Assembly (NCBI GenBank): GCA_007375925.1
Contig: VMFH01000001.1
Location: 1 to 28,636, forward strand
Direction: 5' to 3'
Source of the DNA: Parcubacteria group bacterium Gr01-1014_72
Lineage (GTDB): Bacteria; Patescibacteriota; Minisyncoccia; Phycocordibacterales; VMFH01
Length of the DNA: 28,636 bases
Shown: positions 1 to 7,000 of the stretch, piece by piece
How positions within the stretch are numbered: position 1 is the stretch's first letter
Layout of the letters: each line of letters opens with the position of its first letter
Notes under the pieces: model-generated
The model's database searches: none
Told to the model about the DNA's origin: nothing
The model's input: only the letters and a program-made list of their open reading frames with translations
Position numbers and translations under genes: made by a program

Positions 1-696
1 GATGCCGCGGTCGCTCGTGAGGTCAAAGGAGATGAAAGGAAACAAGGAGGAGAGGGGCGAGGAGTTCAACTTGGAGTGCACGAGGAGCTCGTCCTCCGCA
101 ATCGGCATGACGCTGCGAAATCCTCCCTCCTGCTGAAAGAGGGCGGGTTTCAGGTACACGAGTTTTGACTCAAGGATTGACTTCACCTCGGACTCAATCT
201 TGTCCAGCTCTCCGTCGGAGTCGGCGTAGATTGAGATGTAGAGACCGACGTCAAAGAGCTTCTCCTGCGCCTGCTGGAGATCGTCGCGCAGTTTCTCCAG
301 GTCCTGGTGCGCCGTATCAAGCATGGGGTCGCGCACGAGCCCCTTCTCCTCGCGGTACGCGATCTGGCTCTGAATCACCGCCACCTTTTTCTGGAACTGG
401 CGGAGCACCTTCGCGGTGTCAATCGGGTGAATGAAGATGGAGATGTCAAACACCTTATCAAGGTTGATGATGGGCGCGAACCACCCTTCCGAGAGGTAGC
501 GGGGGTACGAGATGACGAAGAAGGTGCGGACGATTTTTTCGCCGAGGTTGAGCTCCCGCGGCGTCACCTTGAGGGCGGAGGGCGCGATGATGTCGCGTAG
601 CTCCAGCACTCCCGCCTCGTAGATCTCCTGCGGGAGAACGGAGGCGATCTGCGGCGCCTTCTCTTTTTTCCCGAATAGGTTGCTTAAGAATCCCAT
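1..696 (-). CDS. virB4: VirB4/TraC-family T4SS-like ATPase, N-terminal part (runs off the left edge)
   Basis: Not in the ORF track because it is partial. Manual translation from ATG at 696 is open to position 1: MGFLSNLFGKKEKAPQIASVLPQEIYEAGVLELRDIIAPSALKV...SYPRYLSEGWFAPIINLD...RDPMLDTA...EKLFDVGLYI...SSLFPFISFDLTSDRGI, typical of CPR VirB4-like N-termini; follows prgI and TraC-like genes. Walker motifs lie outside the window. Confidence 0.75.
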   Translation of the reverse strand, partial: MGFLSNLFGKKEKAPQIASVLPQEIYEAGVLELRDIIAPSALKVTPRELNLGEKIVRTFFVISYPRYLSEGWFAPIINLDKVFDISIFIHPIDTAKVLRQFQKKVAVIQSQIAYREEKGLVRDPMLDTAHQDLEKLRDDLQQAQEKLFDVGLYISIYADSDGELDKIESEVKSILESKLVYLKPALFQQEGGFRSVMPIAEDELLVHSKLNSSPLSSLFPFISFDLTSDRGI

Positions 697-705
697 AGTG
701 TGTAT

Positions 706-823
706 CGATGCGAATCTACGAATTATGCGAATGCTACGAATAAGTCTGTTTCCCCATTCGTATAATTCGTATCCATTCGTATATTTGCATCGTGTACCTT
801 CATCATATTTGCATCGTGTACCT
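706..823. repeat. Imperfect inverted-repeat element A (empty form)
   Basis: Left arm 706-741 cgatgcgaatctacgaattatgcgaatgctacgaat; 14 nt spacer 742-755; right arm 756-792 attcgtataattcgtatccattcgtatatttgcatcg; 19 nt direct duplication atatttgcatcgtgtacct at 781-799 and 805-823. Confidence 0.9.
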
Positions 824-1469
824 AGGTTACTTGTATCGGCTTCTCCGTCTCTCCCGGGTTGAAGAGCTTGTAGAAGAGCTCCACGACCTCTTCGGTGCCG
901 AGCTGTGCAGTTCGGACGCCGCAGCGCTGGAGTCCCTGCATGACCACCGCGACGCGCTGCTGAAGCTGCGTCCGGTTTTCTTCAAACGCAAGCGTGCGCG
1001 CCTCGGGGGTCGCCCCGCCCCGCTTTCCGAGAGACGGAATCGCAATCGGTATCCCCGCGGCGGCTTTGATGAGGGTTGGTGCGTAGGGGACCACGACGAA
1101 GAATGTCTTCGTCATGATGCTCACCGTTTCGGTGAAGTGACGGATGAAGGCCATGTACTCGCGTATCTGGATTTTGAGGAGGTCGGCGGTCTGTTTCTTG
1201 TACCGATCCTCAAGGAGCGCGACGTAGGGGCGGATGTCAAGGCGGCGCGACTCCACAAAAATTTGTATTGAGAAATCAAGCGAATTGAGAAACGCCTGAA
1301 ACTGCGCAATGATGGCATTCTGCTCATCCTCCGACTTGAGCGCGAAGTTGAGGGACGATGCGAGCACCACGGCGCGCATCCCCGCGCCCCTCAGCATCAC
1401 AATGCCGTCGCGCACCTCCTCAATGGGCACGAAGTCCTGCGTTGCTTTTGCATTCTGTGGTGAAGTCAT
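822..1469 (-). CDS. TraC-like/T4SS-associated protein (215 aa)
   Basis: TQDFVPIEEVRDGIV...SSLNFALKSEDEQNAII..FQAFLNSLDFSIQI..SRRLDI..Y pattern of the family found between prgI and virB4 in CPR. Confidence 0.75.
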   Translation of the reverse strand: MTSPQNAKATQDFVPIEEVRDGIVMLRGAGMRAVVLASSLNFALKSEDEQNAIIAQFQAFLNSLDFSIQIFVESRRLDIRPYVALLEDRYKKQTADLLKIQIREYMAFIRHFTETVSIMTKTFFVVVPYAPTLIKAAAGIPIAIPSLGKRGGATPEARTLAFEENRTQLQQRVAVVMQGLQRCGVRTAQLGTEEVVELFYKLFNPGETEKPIQVT

Positions 1470-1473
1470 GTAG

Positions 1474-1510
1474 CGATGCGAATATACGAATTATGCGAAT
1501 GATACGAATA
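1474..1510. repeat. Inverted-repeat element B, left arm
   Basis: cgatgcgaatatacgaattatgcgaatgatacgaata; 35/37 identical to 706-742; complementary to 1980-2016 with one G-T pair and one small bulge. Confidence 0.9.
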
Positions 1511-1529
1511 GGCCCACCATCAAATTATA

Positions 1530-1952
1530 CTAGGTGTTAGCTTCTACACCAAACCGTTTATGAGCCGCCTTCTCAATTTGAATAATACGAATCGGTTTCA
1601 AGTACCGATTTCTGAAATTAACGAGCAGTGCAAGTTTTTTGTTGAGATGCTGAAGATAGCGCTGCGTCTGATGGAAATCTTCTTTAAGAATAAGAGGTTT
1701 CGCCTTAATTTCTAAAATAATCTTTTCCTCAATGAGAAAATCAATAATATTACCCATTTCACCCACCCTGTATTCCCGCACATAAGGAATTTTGCGCCCA
1801 ATCAAACCTTTTTCAATTTCATCACCGTACTGCTTTTCGCGCGCGAATCTACCGAGAGAATTATGAGCATCAAAACAGATACCTGTGATGATATAGGAAA
1901 TCTCGGGATAGATTATTTTACCAACGGGTTTATTCGTTTCATTCGCACTCAT
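1530..1952 (-). CDS. GxxExxY family protein (PD-(D/E)XK nuclease superfamily)
   Basis: LGRFAREKQY (GxxExxY motif), IIDFLIEEKIILEIK (PD-(D/E)XK-like), Q..RYL and LLVNF motifs. Start placed at the ATG at 1952 (MSANETNK); visibly more AT-rich than neighbouring genes. Confidence 0.9.
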   Translation of the reverse strand: MSANETNKPVGKIIYPEISYIITGICFDAHNSLGRFAREKQYGDEIEKGLIGRKIPYVREYRVGEMGNIIDFLIEEKIILEIKAKPLILKEDFHQTQRYLQHLNKKLALLVNFRNRYLKPIRIIQIEKAAHKRFGVEANT

Positions 1953-2016
1953 TCGTATATTTGCATCGTGTACCTTTATATTCGTATCATTCGCATTCAT
2001 TCGTATATTTGCATCG
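1932..2016. repeat. Inverted-repeat element B, tandemly duplicated right arm
   Basis: Copies at 1932-1968 and 1980-2016; 1950-1975 cattcgtatatttgcatcgtgtacct is identical (26 nt) to 774-799. Confidence 0.9.
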
Positions 2017-2020
2017 CGTA

Positions 2021-2464
2021 CTACTTCCCTCGCATTGTCTCTTCTGCCCCCAACCCCATGTGCTCCTTGATATCAAGACTCCATGTGAGGTCCTTGAGCT
2101 TGCTGTCGGAGAGCTTCGGAACGTAGGAGGTGTCCCACGCCGCCGGCGTATTCGCGGATTCGGCCCTCTCATGCGGTTTTCGCTCCCGCTTCTTCCAGAT
2201 ATAGAGGCGATTCCCCGTGATGTAGTGGAAGGCGGCCTCAAGCGTGAAGACGAAGGGCTTCCCGTTGAACTTGTAGAAGGCGAGCGCGAGCCCGAGCCCC
2301 GCGACGGGAACGATGAGGGGAATGGAGACGAACCACCACGGAATGAATTTGTACAGGACGAAGGAGAGCCCGGCGGCGCCGACGACGTAGAGGAACTGCT
2401 TCACGGTGAGCCGCCCGAATATCTGGTCTTCAATCTCTATGAATTGTGGGACTTGGAAACGCAT
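2021..2464 (-). CDS. prgI: PrgI-family membrane protein
   Basis: MRFQVPQFIEIEDQIFGRLTVKQF signature followed by two hydrophobic helices; start placed at ATG 2464. Confidence 0.85.
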   Translation of the reverse strand: MRFQVPQFIEIEDQIFGRLTVKQFLYVVGAAGLSFVLYKFIPWWFVSIPLIVPVAGLGLALAFYKFNGKPFVFTLEAAFHYITGNRLYIWKKRERKPHERAESANTPAAWDTSYVPKLSDSKLKDLTWSLDIKEHMGLGAEETMRGK

Positions 2465-2469
2465 AGCAA

Positions 2470-2630
2470 TGATACAAATATACAAATGACATCCGAATCT
2501 ACGAATACCTACAAATCCTCCTTTTTCTTATTCGTAGCCATTTGCAGATTTGTCTCTGATTTGTAGATTAGTATCATACATTTATTTGCAGCCATTCGCA
2601 GATTCGTACCCAATTCGTAGATTGGTATCA
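2470..2630. repeat. Inverted-repeat element C (diverged, empty form, duplicated right arm)
   Basis: Left arm 2470-2516 (47 nt, acRaat units), 13 nt spacer cctcctttttctt, right arms 2530-2576 and 2584-2630; the reverse complement of 2584-2630 aligns without gaps to the left arm. Confidence 0.8.
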
Positions 2631-2631
2631 T

Positions 2632-4056
2632 TTACACCGCCTCTCTGTATGGGTCCTGTTCGTAGCGTTTTGGAGGCGGTGGTGGAACAGTAATGCGGTT
2701 TGATGTCCCACGAACAATACCGGAGAGTTTTTCGGCAACGAGGTTTCCACTGGCAGTTTCAGTGGAGATTGTTCGTATTTCTTGCGGAGGCGCAGGCCTA
2801 AGCGTCTCCGCCGCCGGCCGAGGAGGACGCGGCGAAACCGGCGGCATGAGTGGGGCCTGCGGCGGCTCCTTCGGGCGACTTTCAAACCGCGCCGGAGGCG
2901 TGCCTATGGGCAGATTTGCGGGAGGTTGTGGTTTCGTAGGAACGTATAGCGCGGCAGGTAGGGGCGGTCGCGGAGGGACGGGGCTTGGCGCCAGTGTGTT
3001 CATTCGTGAGAGCGATGTTACGGGAGGGACCTCAATGTCGCGGAGTACCTCATCGCGCCGAAGCGCGCTCTCCTCGGGAGTCGGTACAGCTGGCCCGGCG
3101 CTCTCCTTCTCCACCATGATGCCCGCCTCCACTGCCGCGCGCTCTTCGTGGATTTCGTGCAGGGCATCACGTATCTCCCGAAATACTCCTTCATTGACCG
3201 CTTTTCCGATGAGCGTCGCTTTTTCCCTGCTTGTGCGCAGGCGTGTTTCAAGGTGGCCGATGAAATCGCCCGGGTGCGTGAGCCCCACCATGAGGAGTCC
3301 CGATTCACTGGCGACGGCGCCGATCTGGTCAATGTGGAGCCCAAATGTCTGCCCGATTTCCTGTAATTTCTGCGCGACATCCACAGAGGTGACGGCTTGC
3401 TTGACGCTCGCGGGCACTTTCGCGTACGCGACCTCAATGCGCTCCTTCGTGTAGCCCGTTCCCTTCGCGATATCAATGAGCTTCGCGATGACTGACCCCT
3501 CAAGAATCTCGGACGGTTTCGGTTTCGGCGACTCTGTCGTCGGACGAGACAGGGGCGGCAGAAGCGGCTCTGCCATCGGTCGAGGCGGAGGAAGCGGTGG
3601 ACGTGGTACTGAAATACCTTGCGGCACTCTCGGAGTGGGAGCTCCCGAGGGTGTGATAAGATTTTTCTGTTTGCTTGGAGTTAGCGTTCCCATGTTCGGA
3701 AATATGGCGGTGGGGCGAGGAGATGGTACTGGCAGAGTGCGGACTCCCACAGCAGCCGATGTCGTCACAGGCACATTTCCAGATGAACCGACAATATTTT
3801 TAATGAAGAGGTCAGCAATTTCTCCCGCCCGCGCCCTCTGCTCATCACCAAGCTCCTTCTCAAGAAGGGTAATTGTCTCTCCGCGGGTGGGCTGTTTACC
3901 CGCGAGCAAGTTTGATGCGAGCGAGTAGAGAGCGCCGATTTCATCAAGCGTCAGGTCAAACACGGCGCCGACATCGTCGCAGAGGGAGATGTAATCCTTG
4001 TCAGTTTTGCCCTTTACGGCAGCACGTATTTTTTTGAACTCGTCAAAGTAATTCAT
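2632..4056 (-). CDS. Proline-rich hypothetical protein with duplicated helical domain and C-terminal DPYRE motif (474 aa)
   Basis: Long ORF co-oriented in the operon; GLHIDQIG..G.THP.DF..L...L domain; ends QDPYREAV, a motif I recognise from Parcubacteria proteins. Confidence 0.8.
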   Translation of the reverse strand: MNYFDEFKKIRAAVKGKTDKDYISLCDDVGAVFDLTLDEIGALYSLASNLLAGKQPTRGETITLLEKELGDEQRARAGEIADLFIKNIVGSSGNVPVTTSAAVGVRTLPVPSPRPTAIFPNMGTLTPSKQKNLITPSGAPTPRVPQGISVPRPPLPPPRPMAEPLLPPLSRPTTESPKPKPSEILEGSVIAKLIDIAKGTGYTKERIEVAYAKVPASVKQAVTSVDVAQKLQEIGQTFGLHIDQIGAVASESGLLMVGLTHPGDFIGHLETRLRTSREKATLIGKAVNEGVFREIRDALHEIHEERAAVEAGIMVEKESAGPAVPTPEESALRRDEVLRDIEVPPVTSLSRMNTLAPSPVPPRPPLPAALYVPTKPQPPANLPIGTPPARFESRPKEPPQAPLMPPVSPRPPRPAAETLRPAPPQEIRTISTETASGNLVAEKLSGIVRGTSNRITVPPPPPKRYEQDPYREAV

Positions 4057-4062
4057 GGTGTT

Positions 4063-6999
4063 TTATGGGTTCGCGGCCAAGAACTGATTCAGAAGTGTAT
4101 CGTAGCTTGCCTGTGTCGCTGAATCGGTGCTCAGTCGGTTCCAGTCCGTGAAGAATTCCTTCCCCCTCCTGTCTTTAAGGAGCCATAGGAGTGCGTCTTT
4201 GTTCTCAACCGTCATCTGCTTTTGAGCATTTCCGGGATTTGCAATTTCGCGCGCAAATTCGTCAAGCAGGTGCGTGGCAATCTTAAAGTGGTCGTCCGTG
4301 TCCTTCTCGCGCATAGTTGTCGTAGCGAGGACTGTTCGCGTGAGGCGCCGCAGATATGATTTCTGTTGCCAGATGCGGCCGGGTGCCATGGCGATTTCCG
4401 ACGGCGACCGCCCGCGAAGCGCCTCACCAAGCGCCTCCTCCCCCCTCTCCGCATAGAAGTCTTGTGTTGTCGAGAAGTCGTTCTCATACCGTTCACGAGA
4501 AGGCAGTGAGAGGTCGCGTACCTTACCACGTAGTTTCTCAATCTTTATCTTCTCCCACCCCTCATCGCTCATGCCGACACTTTGTGCCGCAAGAATTTCG
4601 TAGATTTCCTGAACGGGTTTCAGCACTTTTTTCTGATCAGGCGTTGCTGTAGCGTACTCTGTATTTATCCTGCTGAGCGCGCCCGTCCAGTTGTTAATCG
4701 CATCGGCATTCGGCGCTTCAACACCGAGACCGTTCGTCCGGTCAAGCGCGCGCACCGCGGAGATATTCTTGAGGTCGCGCATATTCTCCTTCTCCGCTTC
4801 TCCGAAGGACTCGCTCTTGCGGATGTCATTTATGATGCCGTAGCGAAGGGTGGAGACAAAGGTGGGGTCGGTAAACATCTCGGGACTTGCCCAGTGCATC
4901 TGCTCAATTTCTTTCATTGAGTAGGAGCGAACCTTGTCATAGACACGCTTCGGCAGTTTAAGCTTCCCTTTCTTCACCATCTCCTCACGGAAGTTCTTAA
5001 GCGTATCCTCCTTGCCTTGAAGCGTCATTGTGCCGGCCTTAATTTCATCATCACAACGCTTCGCGATTGCGCGCAGTTCTCCCTCATCCACCTTGAGACG
5101 TTTCAGTCCATCAGAAACGGGTTTATTGCGTGCATTGACATACTGTTTGCGCTCTTCAGTCGTGTGATCCTCCGACCTCATGAGTGCATCCATCTGCGCG
5201 TTGGTGAGGAATTGAGCAACGTCAGAGTCCTTAAGAAGATCTTTCGGCATTGAGGTTGTTCCTTCAAGAGAAATCTGTGAGACAGCCCTTTGTATCGCGG
5301 CCGGATCTTTGAAAGTCCCATCCGGATTTCGCTCGGCCGTGCGGATCATCTTTACCGCGGAGTCTCGCGCTTCTATGTCAGCAAGGCGCGCCTTCCGTTG
5401 CTTGTCCTCCTTATATGCCTCCTGCACAGACTTATCCCCGATTTTCATGGAAACGAGTCCCCCTGTTGTCATCTCGCGAACCTTGCCTCCGACGAATGTG
5501 CTGCCAAGATATGACTTGCCGATTTTCTCATCAAGTTTGCGAACACCCCACTCCCCCTTGAGTTTATTGAGGAGCGGTATTCGCTTCGCGACGGCCTGGA
5601 ATGCTCTGCTCTCGCCTTTGATAGTGACCCCGCGAAGTCCTTGCCGTCCCACCGCCGCCCACATGCCGGTCTCAAGACCCTGGATACTCTTGCCCCACTT
5701 CTGGAACGTCTCGGCGCCGAAAGCCCCCATGTCAACTGCAAGTTTGAGTGTGAGCATCATGAGCGAGATGAGGATGAGGAAGTTGACGATGATGCTGATA
5801 CTCCCCGGCTGCGAGCTCGTGAGCGCGGCGGCGAAGGATTGCTCGCTCGTCCCGACGCCCAAGGTCGCCACCCCCGTTTTGAAGGCGCCCGACTGGACGA
5901 CGCTGATGACGACATAGGTGAGCGCGAGGTAGGCGGGGGCGAAGAGCGCATTTTGAATGAGAAGCTTCCACCACGTACTCGTATACGATGCGAGTCCGGG
6001 CAGGATCCACGCGGCGAAGGCAAGAGGCGACGTCGCCATAAGCATCATGAGCATAACTCCGCGGAAGATGAACATGATCGCTCCCGCGAAAAATACGAAG
6101 GCGGTGATGAGCATGAAGATGGAGCCGTAGATGGTAACGAGCGTGATGCTGAAGGCGACGTTGAGACCGGCCTTCACGCCAAGCCCTTCGCTCCCGTAGA
6201 GCGTCTGAATCCGGAGCCCCTCCATGAGTTTCGCGGCGATGCCGTTGTCAAGGGCGATTGCGGTCGCGCCCGATCCCGTCTGCGCGCTCGTAATATTCGT
6301 CGGTTCCACAATGAGGTCGTAGAAGTGAATGGCGATGATGTTCGTTCCGTCCACGACGGCCTTCGTGATGAAGAGCGAGAAGTTGACGAGGAGCGCGATG
6401 ATGATGAGCTTGCCGACGAGCTTGCGCGGGCCGTCTCCGCCGAGGCCGAGTATGGTCTGGATGGAGATGTAGAGGAGGATGAAGATGAAGAGAATGTTCG
6501 TGAGGTCGCGGAAGATGCGCCAGCCGATGTCAACGACGGGAATTTTCTGGAGGAACGCATCCATGTTGATGATGCTGTTGATTGAGAAATCAAGGAGGAG
6601 TCCCGCGAGCCAGACGAGGCGCGAGACGAGCGACATAAGAATATTCCCCACCTCGGCGAAGCAGGAGATGAAGTTGATGCCACTCGGGATAAACCCTGCG
6701 GTGAAGGTGATACACCCCGGAATCTGGGGCGGTGTGTTCTTGACCGCCGTCGCGGCTTGCTTCTGCGCAACTCCCGTTTGTCCTACGACAGAAGTTGGCC
6801 CTGGCGCGCGTGTATTATCCAAACCTGGAAGGACAGCATCAATTCCCGGAATGCCCTCTTCGGGAAGAGTCCCTTCTAGAAGTCCTCCAGTTTGGTCTAC
6901 GCCTTGTGCGTGAGCGCTCTGCGGCAAAAATCCTACTGCCCCGAGGAGTACCCCGAGGAGAGCAAGCAGTAGAAATTTTTTTCTAAAAAAATTTTTCAT
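4063..6999 (-). CDS. VirB6/TrbL-like polytopic membrane protein with long C-terminal tail (978 aa)
   Basis: Signal peptide (SAHA-QG); GWRIFRDLTNILFIFILLYI...LIIIALLVNFSLFITKAVVD..N and SPLAFAAWILPG...WW...LF helices; start ATG 6999 directly after the upstream TAA (7001-7003). Confidence 0.8.
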   Translation of the reverse strand: MKNFFRKKFLLLALLGVLLGAVGFLPQSAHAQGVDQTGGLLEGTLPEEGIPGIDAVLPGLDNTRAPGPTSVVGQTGVAQKQAATAVKNTPPQIPGCITFTAGFIPSGINFISCFAEVGNILMSLVSRLVWLAGLLLDFSINSIINMDAFLQKIPVVDIGWRIFRDLTNILFIFILLYISIQTILGLGGDGPRKLVGKLIIIALLVNFSLFITKAVVDGTNIIAIHFYDLIVEPTNITSAQTGSGATAIALDNGIAAKLMEGLRIQTLYGSEGLGVKAGLNVAFSITLVTIYGSIFMLITAFVFFAGAIMFIFRGVMLMMLMATSPLAFAAWILPGLASYTSTWWKLLIQNALFAPAYLALTYVVISVVQSGAFKTGVATLGVGTSEQSFAAALTSSQPGSISIIVNFLILISLMMLTLKLAVDMGAFGAETFQKWGKSIQGLETGMWAAVGRQGLRGVTIKGESRAFQAVAKRIPLLNKLKGEWGVRKLDEKIGKSYLGSTFVGGKVREMTTGGLVSMKIGDKSVQEAYKEDKQRKARLADIEARDSAVKMIRTAERNPDGTFKDPAAIQRAVSQISLEGTTSMPKDLLKDSDVAQFLTNAQMDALMRSEDHTTEERKQYVNARNKPVSDGLKRLKVDEGELRAIAKRCDDEIKAGTMTLQGKEDTLKNFREEMVKKGKLKLPKRVYDKVRSYSMKEIEQMHWASPEMFTDPTFVSTLRYGIINDIRKSESFGEAEKENMRDLKNISAVRALDRTNGLGVEAPNADAINNWTGALSRINTEYATATPDQKKVLKPVQEIYEILAAQSVGMSDEGWEKIKIEKLRGKVRDLSLPSRERYENDFSTTQDFYAERGEEALGEALRGRSPSEIAMAPGRIWQQKSYLRRLTRTVLATTTMREKDTDDHFKIATHLLDEFAREIANPGNAQKQMTVENKDALLWLLKDRRGKEFFTDWNRLSTDSATQASYDTLLNQFLAANP

Positions 7000-7000
7000 T

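Noticed and set aside
706-1510. 36-37 nt near-identical repeats as a CRISPR array
   Set aside because: Only two direct copies 768 bp apart with a whole gene between them, each paired with an inverted arm; no spacer series and no cas genes.
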